A DNA stretch of 64,000 nucleotides from an uncultured Pelagibacteraceae bacterium (GTDB lineage: Bacteria; Pseudomonadota; Alphaproteobacteria; Pelagibacterales; AG-422-B15). The notes below the pieces were generated by a model, which had not been told where the DNA came from, ran no database searches, and saw only the letters and a program-made list of their open reading frames with translations. This document shows positions 31,015 through 41,027 of this stretch, piece by piece; the stretch's first letter is position 1; each line of letters starts with the position of its first letter. The position numbers were made by a program, and so were the translations under genes. The stretch is from positions 4,378 to 68,377 of the forward strand of contig CACLBX010000003.1 in assembly GCA_902605215.1 (NCBI GenBank). The letters are read 5' to 3'.

Positions 31015-31497
31015 ATGTCGTATCTGTCAATATTACCTGACAAGGTTAGCAACACTTATGAAGGAAAAACATTATCTCTATGGGCAATGTACTTTTACCT
31101 AATCATTATGACTTTTCGTTCATTGGTACATACATTTGCTGATGACGCAGGGTTAAACTCAATTGCTTCCATTATAGTATTCCCACTCATTGATGAATTA
31201 GACCCAAATCGAATTATTTATTTGTTTGGTTCTCTTTGGGGTGGAGCTCAAATAGTATATTTAGCATTTTCAATTATTGTCATTTTGAAATATAAAAATT
31301 TACTTCCTTTAGTCTGGCTGTTTTTCGCTTTTGATAACATTTTAAAACTTGGTGTATTACAACTTCGTTACCCTGGTTCCGAGTACACAACATCAACGGC
31401 TCCAGGGGGAATAGCTGGTACATTTATTATGCTTTTATTTACACTTATTATGTTTTACCTTTCAATATTGAAAAAAAAGGAAATACATGGAAGTTAA
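31015..31497 (+). CDS. Hypothetical integral membrane protein
   Basis: 160 aa with about four TM helices. No recognised motif. Confidence 0.4.
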   Translation: MSYLSILPDKVSNTYEGKTLSLWAMYFYLIIMTFRSLVHTFADDAGLNSIASIIVFPLIDELDPNRIIYLFGSLWGGAQIVYLAFSIIVILKYKNLLPLVWLFFAFDNILKLGVLQLRYPGSEYTTSTAPGGIAGTFIMLLFTLIMFYLSILKKKEIHGS

Positions 31498-31927
31498 AAA
31501 TAAAATTTATCCTTCTAGGGAACAGATGAAGGGATTTTTTGAGGAAAAAAAAGATGAAGACATTGATGAGCCAATATTTATGGTAAATCTTTTGAAATTT
31601 AGAGAGAAAGCTGAATACAAAGATGGAAGAGAAACGAATCTATCAGGTATTGAAGCCTATAAAAAGTATGCAGACATCATTACCAAGCACATTGAAGAGC
31701 TTGGAGGTGAAATAACGTTCTCCTCTAAAGTTAAGAGAATAACAGTCGGTAAGGTTGAGCAGCTATGGGACGCGGTTGTAATTGCAAAGTGGCCTTCCAG
31801 GAAGATTATGGGTGAAAGCATGGCACCTACTGACCCACATTTATTAGAAGGCTATCAACATAGAGAAGCTGGACTAGAGGGACAGTTAAATATTGAATCT
31901 GTTGAAACAGACACGTTGATAGATTAA
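31487..31927 (+). CDS. DUF1330-like small soluble protein
   Basis: 146 aa. FMVNLLKFREKAEY...YKKYADIITKHIEELGGEI..VVIAKWPS resembles a DUF1330/dimeric alpha-beta barrel. Weak. Confidence 0.4.
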   Translation: MEVKNKIYPSREQMKGFFEEKKDEDIDEPIFMVNLLKFREKAEYKDGRETNLSGIEAYKKYADIITKHIEELGGEITFSSKVKRITVGKVEQLWDAVVIAKWPSRKIMGESMAPTDPHLLEGYQHREAGLEGQLNIESVETDTLID

Positions 31928-31929
31928 AA

Positions 31930-32616
31930 ATGATTGATCTTTATACATCACCCACACCCAACGGTTACAAAATTTCAGTTGCACTAGAAGAGTTAAATAT
32001 TCCTTACAATGTCCATGTTGTTAATCTTCAAGCTGGAGATCAAAAAAAAGAAGAGTTTCTAAAACTTAATCCAAATGGACGAATACCTGTGATTGTTGAC
32101 TCAGAGAATAATAATTTACCAATTATGGAGAGTGGAGCTCAATTGATATATTTGGCAGAAAAAGCAGGCAAACTTTTGCCAAGTGAAACGACAGCTCGAT
32201 CAAAAGTCATGCAATGGCTGATGTTTCAAATGGGTGGTATTGGCCCAATGATGGGACAAGCCAATGTTTTTTTTCGGTATTGGCCTGGTGATAAAATCCA
32301 AGCGGCTGTAGATCGTTATCAAAATGAAGGCCGACGATTATTTGAGGTAATGGAAACACGCTTAAAGGATAATGAATTTTTATCTGATGATTTTAGCATT
32401 GCTGATATTGCCAACTGGTGCTGGGTTAGAACATATAAGTGGTCAGGTATTAAAATCGACGGTTTAACAGGTCTCCAAAGATGGATGCAAATGATGGAAG
32501 ATCGTCCAGCATGTAAAAAAGGTGTAGCTGTCCCAATTGATATTATGGAAATGATGCGTAATATGAAAAAATCTGAAGATTTAACTGCCACTGGCTCAAA
32601 AATAATTCAAAAATAA
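31930..32616 (+). CDS. Glutathione S-transferase (YfcG/YghU-like)
   Basis: LYTSPTPNGYKISVALEEL, NPNGRIPVIVD and ESGAQLIYLAEK are the thioredoxin-fold GSH site. Helical C-terminal domain. Confidence 0.88.
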   Translation: MIDLYTSPTPNGYKISVALEELNIPYNVHVVNLQAGDQKKEEFLKLNPNGRIPVIVDSENNNLPIMESGAQLIYLAEKAGKLLPSETTARSKVMQWLMFQMGGIGPMMGQANVFFRYWPGDKIQAAVDRYQNEGRRLFEVMETRLKDNEFLSDDFSIADIANWCWVRTYKWSGIKIDGLTGLQRWMQMMEDRPACKKGVAVPIDIMEMMRNMKKSEDLTATGSKIIQK

Positions 32617-32630
32617 TATGATTAATAATA

Positions 32631-33668
32631 ATGAGCATTCCTAATCCATTGAAATTAATTGGCGGCGTAGGTTCACCTTACACCAGAAAAATGGTTTCTT
32701 ATTTAAGGTATAAGCGCATACCACATACAATCATCTGGGGAGATCCGGGAGCTTATTTGGATAAAGCTGGAATCGCAAAGCCTAAACCAGGACTACTTCC
32801 AACTTTCATTATGAATTCAGAAAGTGGGGACTTAGAAGCTGTCACAGATTCAACACCTATTATTAGAAAATTGGAAGAAGAAGTACCCGAAAGGAGTTCG
32901 ATCCCAACGGATCCTGCTTTAGCTTTCTTGAATTATCTATTGGAAGACTTTGCAGATGAGTGGGGCACCAAATATATGTTTCATTATCGTTGGCATGATA
33001 TTAAAGATGCAGAAAATGCAGGCACTGTTCTTCCTATCCAAACAATGGGAGTTCTACCTGATGAAATGTTAAGTAATCTCAAAACGATGATAAGCAAAAG
33101 ACAAATTGATCGGTTATGGGTAGTTGGATCAAATAATGATACAGCGCCAATTATTGATGCAAGTTATAGAAGATTGCTGACAGTCTTGGAAAAACATTTT
33201 GCACATTCACCTTATCTTTTAGGTAAGCGACCATCCTCGTCAGACTTTTCTTTGTTTGGACAACTATCACAACTTGTAAACTTTGATCCTACCCCAAGAG
33301 AAATTGCACATGAAGTATCATTAAGAACTGTTGCATGGGTAGGACTTATTGAGGATCAATCAGGAATTGAAGTTACAGACAATGATTGGGTAAGCATTGA
33401 AAGCATTCCGTCTACCATAAAAGAACTTTTATCTGAATTAGGTAAAGGATATGTGCCAGCATTAATTGCGAACGCAAGAGCTATTGAAAATGGAGACAAA
33501 GAATGGGAGACACAAATTGATAGTTGTTCATGGAAGCAAAAATCCTTTCCGTATCAAGCCAAATGTCTGAAGTGGATTAATGAAGAATATAATAAATTGT
33601 CGAATACTGATAAAGATAAGGTAGATAATCTTTTACAAGAAACAAGTTGTGATAAATTATTGAGCTAA
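32631..33668 (+). CDS. GST-like protein (thioredoxin-like N-domain, long C-domain)
   Basis: GSPYTRKMVSYLRYKRIPH N-terminal motif and SSSDFSLFGQL in the C-terminal domain. 345 aa. Confidence 0.6.
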   Translation: MSIPNPLKLIGGVGSPYTRKMVSYLRYKRIPHTIIWGDPGAYLDKAGIAKPKPGLLPTFIMNSESGDLEAVTDSTPIIRKLEEEVPERSSIPTDPALAFLNYLLEDFADEWGTKYMFHYRWHDIKDAENAGTVLPIQTMGVLPDEMLSNLKTMISKRQIDRLWVVGSNNDTAPIIDASYRRLLTVLEKHFAHSPYLLGKRPSSSDFSLFGQLSQLVNFDPTPREIAHEVSLRTVAWVGLIEDQSGIEVTDNDWVSIESIPSTIKELLSELGKGYVPALIANARAIENGDKEWETQIDSCSWKQKSFPYQAKCLKWINEEYNKLSNTDKDKVDNLLQETSCDKLLS

Positions 33669-33671
33669 ATT

Positions 33672-34313
33672 ATGAAAGTAGATTTATATTTTTCCTTTAG
33701 AAGCCCCTATTCGTATTTAATTTTGCCTCGCATGGTTAAATTGAGGGATAAACATGGGGTAGATGTTAACTTCAAGCAAGTTTATCCTCTCGCGATAAGG
33801 GAACCAGAATTTTTTAAAGGTAAAAATCTCTTTACTTACTTCTTAATAAGAAGAATTGATTATGTCAGACAGGCAAAAAAAAATAATATGGTTTTTGTCA
33901 AACCTAATCCTGATCCAATAAATCAAAATTTGGTGACTGGAAAAATTTCTGACCATCAGCCTTATATATTTAAATTGGCTCATTATTGTCAAGCTATTGA
34001 AAAAAGTAAACAACTTGACTTTGCTGTTGTAGTTTCAAATAAAATCTGGAGTGGTCTCAAGAACTGGAATACAGATGAGTCAATAGCCGATGCCACTTCA
34101 AAAGTTGGATTGAGCTTTGAGGATATTGAAAAAAGACGCATTGAAAATGAACAAGCGTTAATTGATGAAATAAAGTTAAATCAAAAAGAGCAACTTGAAG
34201 CAGGGCACCATGGTGTACCTCTATCTGTTTACAAAGATAAATTCTTTTTTGGACAAGATCGTTTTGATGATCTGGTTAGTGAATTAAAAAAAGATGGATT
34301 AGTGATTAGCTGA
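33672..34313 (+). CDS. 2-hydroxychromene-2-carboxylate isomerase / DsbA-like thioredoxin-fold protein
   Basis: VDLYFSFRSPYSYL start and C-terminal GVPLSVYKDKFFFGQDRFD match the HCCA isomerase family pattern. Confidence 0.75.
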   Translation: MKVDLYFSFRSPYSYLILPRMVKLRDKHGVDVNFKQVYPLAIREPEFFKGKNLFTYFLIRRIDYVRQAKKNNMVFVKPNPDPINQNLVTGKISDHQPYIFKLAHYCQAIEKSKQLDFAVVVSNKIWSGLKNWNTDESIADATSKVGLSFEDIEKRRIENEQALIDEIKLNQKEQLEAGHHGVPLSVYKDKFFFGQDRFDDLVSELKKDGLVIS

Positions 34314-34348
34314 TAAGAAACCAAGGATATCTTGAGCTACAATTTATA

Positions 34349-35221
34349 CTATTGTGCTGATATTCCTCTTATTCTCTCAGATCTTCTTCGTAGTAATTCT
34401 GTTACGATCAGAATTAACGTTGAAAGAACAATTAAGCATGTAGCCACGGCCATAATTGTTGGACTAAGTTGCTCTCTCAGTCCTGTCCACATTTGAAGAG
34501 GAATAGTTGTTAGGTTTCTGTCCCCTCCTGCAACAAATAAGATCACTACTATTTCATCAAACGACGTTACGAATGCAAAGAGCGCGCCTGAAATAATGCC
34601 TGGTGTAATAAGAGGCAGTGTAATTTTAAAAAATGTATTAGTGGGTGTGCTGCCAAGACTTGAAGCGGCTCTCGTAATACTGTCATCAAAACCACTTAAG
34701 GTTGCTGTTACCGTAATAACCACAAATGGAGTTCCTAGAATTATATGAGCTATGACGATGCCGGGAAAAGATGCAGCGAGACCTAATTTTGCAAGAGAAA
34801 AGAAGATAGCTGAGCCAGAAATGATAAGAGGGATAATCATCGGTGATATCAAAATACTCATGATTAATTGTTTGTAAGGCATATAGCGGCTACTTAGGCC
34901 AAGAGCGGCAACGGTCCCTAAAACTGTAGCACCAATAGTTGCAAAAAAAGCATAGTAGACGCTGTTTCTAGCAGCAATTCCCCATGGATTTTTTGTGCCA
35001 TAAACCATGTCTTCATACCATCTTAGAGAGAACGCCTCGGGTTGAAGAGCGAGCATTCCATCAGAAAAGTGAATGTATTGCTCTGCATTAAATGAAAGTG
35101 GGATAATTACAAATAGTGGGGCTATTAGAAAAAAGAATACTGCAGTACAAATGACAAGGTATGAGTAATGCCAAACCCTGTATCTAGTTTCTGTGTACTT
35201 TGGTAAAGCCATCTTATCCAA
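34349..35221 (-). CDS. ABC transporter permease (PotC/PotI-like)
   Basis: 290 aa with six TM and the EAA-type loop AASSLGSTPTNTFFKITLPL. Confidence 0.88.
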   Translation of the reverse strand: MDKMALPKYTETRYRVWHYSYLVICTAVFFFLIAPLFVIIPLSFNAEQYIHFSDGMLALQPEAFSLRWYEDMVYGTKNPWGIAARNSVYYAFFATIGATVLGTVAALGLSSRYMPYKQLIMSILISPMIIPLIISGSAIFFSLAKLGLAASFPGIVIAHIILGTPFVVITVTATLSGFDDSITRAASSLGSTPTNTFFKITLPLITPGIISGALFAFVTSFDEIVVILFVAGGDRNLTTIPLQMWTGLREQLSPTIMAVATCLIVLSTLILIVTELLRRRSERIRGISAQ

Positions 35222-36461
35222 GCCTCATGTTATCGATGCCAACAATCTTATTGTAGAGCCAATAAACTATTAACACAGCCACAAGCAGAACTGCTGCCAT
35301 TGCAGTCGCCAAAGACCAATCGAGAGATTGCTGCATATGATAAGCTATTCTGTTACTGATTAATGTACCCTTGGCGCCCCCAACTAGTGCTGGAGTAATA
35401 TAATATCCAATAGAGAGAACAAAAACCAAAATTGAACCTGCACTTATGCCAGCGTATGTAAGTGGGAAGTAAATTTTTCTGAAAGCAAGGAAAGGAGTGG
35501 CCCCCATCGAAGTTGCCGCTCTCATTAAACTTGGTGGAATAGTTTTCATTACGCTGTAAAGTGGGAGAACCATAAATGGTAATAATATTTGTGTCATCGC
35601 GATAAATGTACCAGTCATGTTGTACATTAATTCAAGCCTTCCTTCGTCCGCGACAATTCCTAAGGATACGAAAATATCATTTAACACTCCTTGTTTTTGC
35701 AATAGGACCATCCAACTAGATGTACGCACTAAAAGAGATGTCCAAAATGGAAGTAGAACGCAGATCATTAGTAAATTTGAGTAACGTGTAGGCAGAACAG
35801 AAAGTAAATGTGATATAGGATATGCAAGTAAGAAACAGCAGAACGTAACACCAGCAGCAACGAAAATAGTTCTTATCCAAAGTGTAACATTGATACGTTT
35901 TTTCTCTGGTATACGTTCAATCGAGCCATCAAATTTTTCTTCATAGTCAAACGTTGTTAAATATTTACGATAGTGATAAGCGTCTGTCCCTCTTTTTAAT
36001 GCTAGCCAATACTCGATATCACCCCACTTTTTATGAGTTTCTATGAACTGATCAAGAAAATTACCATTCTCATCAAAGTCATTCAGTTTTCTTGCAGTTT
36101 TTTTTATGAGACTTGTGAAGCCTCCTTTTTCATAATTTAGTCTTGTAGCTATTTTGCCGTGATTTTTTTCTTCCACTAATCCTTGAAGTTCATAAAAAAA
36201 AGTTGAAGTTATTTCTTCCCCAGGCATTTCAGTACCATCCCACTCTTGCATGACGTCATGGGTATTGCTTAAAAACTCATTCATCTGAACATTATCAATA
36301 CTTCTTCCAAGCATTTGAAATATTGGAATTACATAGGCGAAAACGATAAAGAAAAGTAATGGTGCCGCCAATAAAAAGGCAGTTGTTCTACGTCTTCGTT
36401 CAACCTTTTTGAGTTTTACGGAGAGAAGTTCTCCATCTGATGTTCTGATTTCTGATGTCAT
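35214..36461 (-). CDS. ABC transporter permease (PotB/PotH-like) with a long insertion between TM1 and TM2
   Basis: EAA loop AATSMGATPFLAFRKIYFPL. The ORF track begins at TTG 36497 inside a strong hairpin, so I prefer ATG 36461 (MTSEIR..). Confidence 0.82.
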   Translation of the reverse strand: MTSEIRTSDGELLSVKLKKVERRRRTTAFLLAAPLLFFIVFAYVIPIFQMLGRSIDNVQMNEFLSNTHDVMQEWDGTEMPGEEITSTFFYELQGLVEEKNHGKIATRLNYEKGGFTSLIKKTARKLNDFDENGNFLDQFIETHKKWGDIEYWLALKRGTDAYHYRKYLTTFDYEEKFDGSIERIPEKKRINVTLWIRTIFVAAGVTFCCFLLAYPISHLLSVLPTRYSNLLMICVLLPFWTSLLVRTSSWMVLLQKQGVLNDIFVSLGIVADEGRLELMYNMTGTFIAMTQILLPFMVLPLYSVMKTIPPSLMRAATSMGATPFLAFRKIYFPLTYAGISAGSILVFVLSIGYYITPALVGGAKGTLISNRIAYHMQQSLDWSLATAMAAVLLVAVLIVYWLYNKIVGIDNMRLG

Positions 36462-36487
36462 TAAGTAAAGGATACTTAATTTAAAGG

Positions 36488-36515
36488 ACTTGGGCAACCC
36501 ATAGGTTGCCCAAGT
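36488..36515 (-). terminator. Intercistronic GC-rich stem-loop between the binding-protein and permease genes (attenuator or mRNA stabiliser)
   Basis: Perfect 12-bp inverted repeat ACTTGGGCAACC / GGTTGCCCAAGT with a 4-nt loop (CATA), 9 nt after the binding-protein stop codon. Downstream on the minus strand is only moderately U-rich. Confidence 0.45.
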
Positions 36516-36524
36516 TTTAGTCTT

Positions 36525-37646
36525 TTATAAGTTAGCTTTCCAAGCTTCCCATGTGTCGTTGATATCAGTGTTGTTATCAGCGTACCACTCTGGGTTCATA
36601 AGAACATAGTTCTTAGTGTTTGCTGGAGCTGTAGGCATATGAGGCATAATCTCAACTGCACCTGCTGTAGGTGAATTAAACCAAGGCTCATCAGCCATGA
36701 TTATATCAAGAGATGAGATTCTGAAAGGTGCGTAAGCAATATGCTTTGCACTTCCAGCTAATCCTTCAGAACTTGTGAAGTATTTTAATGCTTCCATCGC
36801 TTCAGCTTCGTTCGGTCCACCTTTTACAAGTACAAAATACTCATAATCAAGAATTTGACCGTCCCAAACCATTTTCATCGGTGAACCTTCGTTCACGATG
36901 GCATTGAAGTGACGTCCATTCCATCCAGTAGCCATAATAGCTTCACCAGATACTAACTGTTCAGGTGGTTGTGCACCAGCTGACCAGAATATGCAACCAC
37001 CCTTAGGGTCGTTACAAAGTGCTGAAAGCTTATCAAGCGCTCTGTCGAGTCCATTTTCTTCCATGTAGTCGTACACGTCAGCTCCTGGAACACCATCTGC
37101 AACAAGAGCAAACTCTAGGTTTGACATTGCAGAGCTATACAGAGATCTTACTCCTGGATATTTGCTTGGATTGAAGAAGTCTTCCATTGATGAAGGGTAA
37201 CTTCCGTCAAAGTTTATGTTATCAGTGTTGTAAGCGTAGTTCCATGAGTAAAGAATGTTACCCACAGCACAGTCACTAGGCATTGGAGCAAAGAAGTCGT
37301 CACTTGCTTTCATACCGTTTACACCAGCTGGGAAGTCATTGTCGAAATCAAATTCTACAAACAATCCTTCGTCACAACCGATAATTGTATCACGTGCATA
37401 CACATCGATGATGTCCCAAGTAATTGCTCCAGACTCGACTTGAGCTTTAACTTCACTCAAACCTCCACTGTAGTCGATCCAGTTTACTTGAACGCCACTC
37501 TTCTCTTGATATGGGTCCCCGTAACCTAGTTTTTGACTTTCTGTATAAGCGCCTCCCCATGAAACTACATTTACTTCCGCAGCTGTAGCCATAGTAGGTG
37601 CCGCCAATAAAGCAGCCAAAGACATTATTTTTGTTAATCTTAACAT
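36525..37646 (-). CDS. ABC transporter periplasmic substrate-binding protein (PotD/PotF-type, family 1)
   Basis: Signal peptide MLRLTKIMSLAALLAAPTMATA. 373 aa. VVSWGGAY start typical of polyamine/amine-type binding proteins. GGAG Shine-Dalgarno 10 nt upstream. Confidence 0.85.
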   Translation of the reverse strand: MLRLTKIMSLAALLAAPTMATAAEVNVVSWGGAYTESQKLGYGDPYQEKSGVQVNWIDYSGGLSEVKAQVESGAITWDIIDVYARDTIIGCDEGLFVEFDFDNDFPAGVNGMKASDDFFAPMPSDCAVGNILYSWNYAYNTDNINFDGSYPSSMEDFFNPSKYPGVRSLYSSAMSNLEFALVADGVPGADVYDYMEENGLDRALDKLSALCNDPKGGCIFWSAGAQPPEQLVSGEAIMATGWNGRHFNAIVNEGSPMKMVWDGQILDYEYFVLVKGGPNEAEAMEALKYFTSSEGLAGSAKHIAYAPFRISSLDIIMADEPWFNSPTAGAVEIMPHMPTAPANTKNYVLMNPEWYADNNTDINDTWEAWKANL

Positions 37647-37767
37647 GATTAATCGTCTCCTTTTTTATATAAAGAAGATATTACATAGGGGCTTTAACAA
37701 AAACGCAACAAAAAAAAGCAAATTTTTTCAATATTTTAGGATTGAATCTATATTTAGTATCAAAGGT

Positions 37768-38856
37768 TTAGTAATCCAATGCTCGACAGTCTTGTGAAGA
37801 CCATCCCAAATTTAATTTGTCACCCAGATTAAGCTTAGAATTACTGCTCGCGTTTGGAACTTTTAAAATAAAATCATCGTTACCCAGCAAATTTACACGT
37901 ACTCTTGTGTGATCTCCGTGGTAAATAATTTCTTTGATTTCAGCTTCAAATCGATTTTCAATTTGCTCAGTTGGATTAATATTTACCCTTTCAGGTCTGA
38001 GAGAAATTCTTGATTTTTCACCAGTAGAAGATACTGCTATTGGGTTAGCTATTATTATCTCACCAGTACTAGTCTCAACTTTTGCAGAACCAGAAGCTAG
38101 TTCTTTTACAGTTCCAGTAAAAGTATTGTTTTCGCCAATAAAGCCAGCAACAAAAGAATTAACAGGTGTTTCATATAGTTCATTTGGACCAGAAAGCTGT
38201 TGAACCTTACCGTCATTAAAGACAGCAATTCTGTTTGACATTGTTAATGCTTCACCTTGATCATGGGTGACATATACGACCGTAACACCTAGTGTTTCAT
38301 GAATATGTTTTAATTCGTATTGCATACTCTCTCGCAAGTTTTTGTCTAACGCACCTAAAGGTTCATCCATTAAAACTAATTTAGGATCAAATACTAATGC
38401 TCTTGCAACAGCAACGCGTTGCTGTTGACCACCAGATAGTTGTGCAGGCATTCTGTTTTCAAAGCCTGTTAGTGAAACCATTTTTAAGGTCTTATTTATA
38501 CGTTCTTCAATTTCTGCCTTATCAATTTTTCTAACTTTTAATGGAAAAGCTAAATTTTCAAATACTGATAGGTGAGGAAAAAGTGCGTAGTTTTGAAAAA
38601 CCATGCCAATGCCTCTTTTGTGAGGAGGTATATTATTGATTGGATTTCCATCAAAATAGATCTCTCCATTAGTAGGCGTCTCAAAGCCTGCAAGCATCAT
38701 TAATGTAGTTGTTTTACCTGAACCTGAAGGCCCTAATAAAGTTAAAAACTCCCCTTCAGCAATATCAAGGTCTAGACCTTTTACGACCAGTTCTTTACCA
38801 TCGTAACTTTTGTCAACTTGTTCAAATTTAACGAAATCTGACTTTTCTCCACTCAT
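37768..38856 (-). CDS. ABC transporter ATP-binding protein (PotA-like, with C-terminal TOBE-like domain)
   Basis: Walker A GPSGSGKTT, signature LSGGQQQRVAVARAL, Walker B LVLMDEPLGALD, H-loop VTHDQ. Confidence 0.93.
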   Translation of the reverse strand: MSGEKSDFVKFEQVDKSYDGKELVVKGLDLDIAEGEFLTLLGPSGSGKTTTLMMLAGFETPTNGEIYFDGNPINNIPPHKRGIGMVFQNYALFPHLSVFENLAFPLKVRKIDKAEIEERINKTLKMVSLTGFENRMPAQLSGGQQQRVAVARALVFDPKLVLMDEPLGALDKNLRESMQYELKHIHETLGVTVVYVTHDQGEALTMSNRIAVFNDGKVQQLSGPNELYETPVNSFVAGFIGENNTFTGTVKELASGSAKVETSTGEIIIANPIAVSSTGEKSRISLRPERVNINPTEQIENRFEAEIKEIIYHGDHTRVRVNLLGNDDFILKVPNASSNSKLNLGDKLNLGWSSQDCRALDY

Positions 38857-38974
38857 GTTTTCAGACTAAGGTAAAAATAGTTGGGAATCTAGGGTTATTT
38901 AAACTAAATTAACTATAGATAAAAATTATAATAAAGTTCGTTAATTAGGCAAAACAAGATATTACAAAGTATAA

Positions 38975-40408
38975 ATGAAAAAATATCAACACTACATAAA
39001 TGGAGAGTGGATTGACTCCACAGGAAATGAACTTATTGCTGTTGTAAATCCTGCAACAGAAGAAGTAATTGGAGAAATTTCAGCTGCTAATAAAGATGAT
39101 ATTGGCCTTGCTGTTGCGGCGGCTAAAACAGCTTACGAGTCACGAGTGCTTGTCGACATGAATCCTATGGAGAGAGCAAAGTTGATGCGCAGTATCGCTG
39201 ATGAATTAAGAAAAATCAGCAAAGATGGCGGCAAACTATTATGTGAAGAAAATGGAAAATTATTGGGTGCATCTGAGTATGAATTTTTGGATGCGGCAAA
39301 CTATTTTGACTATTACAGTGGATTGACTGACAAAATTGAAGGCCAGACTATTCCAGTAAATAATCAAGTCATGGATTATACATTGTATGAACCATATGGT
39401 GTTTCAGGTCACATTGTTCCTTGGAACTTTCCGATTTCAATGTTGGCACGTTCACTTGCCTGTTCATTTGCTGCAGGAAATTCGACAGTTATAAAACCTG
39501 CTGAGCTAACTCCTCTGGCAACTACCTCATTTTTTGCACAGGCTATTCACAATGCAGGTGTACCGAAGGGACTTATTAATATAGTAACCGGATACGGCGT
39601 TGAAGCAGGAGCTGCATTGACATCAAATAATGATGTTGCTCAAATCACATTCACTGGCTCTGTGAAAACTGGAAAGGCAATTCTCCATGCTGCTGCAGAA
39701 AGAGCTGTGCCAGCAGTAGTAGAGCTAGGCGGTAAATCAGCTGCCGTTGTATTGCCAGATGCTGATATAGATAAAGTTGTTAACGCAACAAAAGTTGGAA
39801 TATTTAGTCAAGCTGGACAAATATGTTCAGCAATGTCACGCATGATTGTTCATAAATCTATTAAAGACGAGGTATTGGATAAGCTATCGGAATTAGCCAA
39901 ATCAATAAAAGTTGGTCCAGGAAATGAAGAAGGCGTTGACCTAACACCTGTAATTTCCGAAGAACAGCTTCAAAAAGTAGAAAACTTCGCAAGATCAGGT
40001 TTGCAAGCTGGAGCGACAGCAATATCAGGAGGTAATCGAGTTGATCGTAAAGGATATTTCTTTGAGCCAACAATTTATGCTGATGTGAAGCCGGATATGA
40101 CAATTGCTCAAGAAGAAATTTTTGGCCCATTCCTATCTGTGCTTGAATATGAAGATCATGAAGAAGCAATTCATATTGCAAATGATACAGACTACGGTTT
40201 AGCGGCAGGTGTATTTACAAAAGATGTTGATATGGCAACAAAGACAGCAGCGAAGCTTAACGGTGGACAAGTTTATGTGAATAGTTGGTTTACTGGCAGT
40301 GTTGCAACTCCTTTTGGTGGGTATAAACAATCAGGCTATAGTCGTGAAAAAGGTCAGCAAGCTATAAAAAGCTATTTACAATTAAAGAATGTTGGAATTC
40401 AACTTTAA
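38975..40408 (+). CDS. NAD(P)-dependent aldehyde dehydrogenase
   Basis: 477 aa. VPWNFP, FTGSVKTGK, ELGGKSA, GQICSAMSR (catalytic Cys) and EEIFGPF. Confidence 0.92.
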   Translation: MKKYQHYINGEWIDSTGNELIAVVNPATEEVIGEISAANKDDIGLAVAAAKTAYESRVLVDMNPMERAKLMRSIADELRKISKDGGKLLCEENGKLLGASEYEFLDAANYFDYYSGLTDKIEGQTIPVNNQVMDYTLYEPYGVSGHIVPWNFPISMLARSLACSFAAGNSTVIKPAELTPLATTSFFAQAIHNAGVPKGLINIVTGYGVEAGAALTSNNDVAQITFTGSVKTGKAILHAAAERAVPAVVELGGKSAAVVLPDADIDKVVNATKVGIFSQAGQICSAMSRMIVHKSIKDEVLDKLSELAKSIKVGPGNEEGVDLTPVISEEQLQKVENFARSGLQAGATAISGGNRVDRKGYFFEPTIYADVKPDMTIAQEEIFGPFLSVLEYEDHEEAIHIANDTDYGLAAGVFTKDVDMATKTAAKLNGGQVYVNSWFTGSVATPFGGYKQSGYSREKGQQAIKSYLQLKNVGIQL

Positions 40409-41023
40409 TTAATCATTATCTGCAAGACCAGCTCCGGCAGCTGTGCTCTTTAATTTTTCATTTTCTTCAACAAAGGTATCTGTTGATAATTCATACAACT
40501 CATCCCAAACTTCTTGAGAAAAGGAATCCTCATTTTCAAAAACCATTATTCTAATGTTTTTTGCATTTTCTAATATCAATGAATTAATATCATTATTACT
40601 AAACATGTACTTATCTAAATTAAATTTAAAATTGTACTCATCAATCTCAATGCTGACTCTTTTCCCAATAAGAAATGAAAGTCTACTTATGAAAGGAATC
40701 ATAAGAAGAGGGAAGCTAACATTATAAAAATTAATTTCTTTTAATATTTCTATATTCTTAAAATCATCTATCAGACTGACTCCTGTTAGAATAGGGCAAA
40801 GATTTTCATTATCTATTTTGTTTTGGGACTCGATGACATTAGGACCAATTGGTGTTTTAGTTTTTATATCACTTAAGTAGGATTTTAAATTCTCAATACC
40901 AGCAATTCCTATTAATTCTAATACATCAATATTTTTTCCAACTTCTTCAGCTATGCCCCACGAGTATCCTGCAGCTTTAGTAGCTCTTTTAGAAACTGTA
41001 ATGATTTCACTCGAGGACCTCAT
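40409..41023 (-). CDS. Hypothetical protein, DUF3726-like
   Basis: 204 aa. The N-terminal AAGYSWGIAEEVGKN segment resembles DUF3726 from memory. Last gene of a tightly packed three-gene operon. Confidence 0.4.
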   Translation of the reverse strand: MRSSSEIITVSKRATKAAGYSWGIAEEVGKNIDVLELIGIAGIENLKSYLSDIKTKTPIGPNVIESQNKIDNENLCPILTGVSLIDDFKNIEILKEINFYNVSFPLLMIPFISRLSFLIGKRVSIEIDEYNFKFNLDKYMFSNNDINSLILENAKNIRIMVFENEDSFSQEVWDELYELSTDTFVEENEKLKSTAAGAGLADND

Positions 41024-41027
41024 GGAA

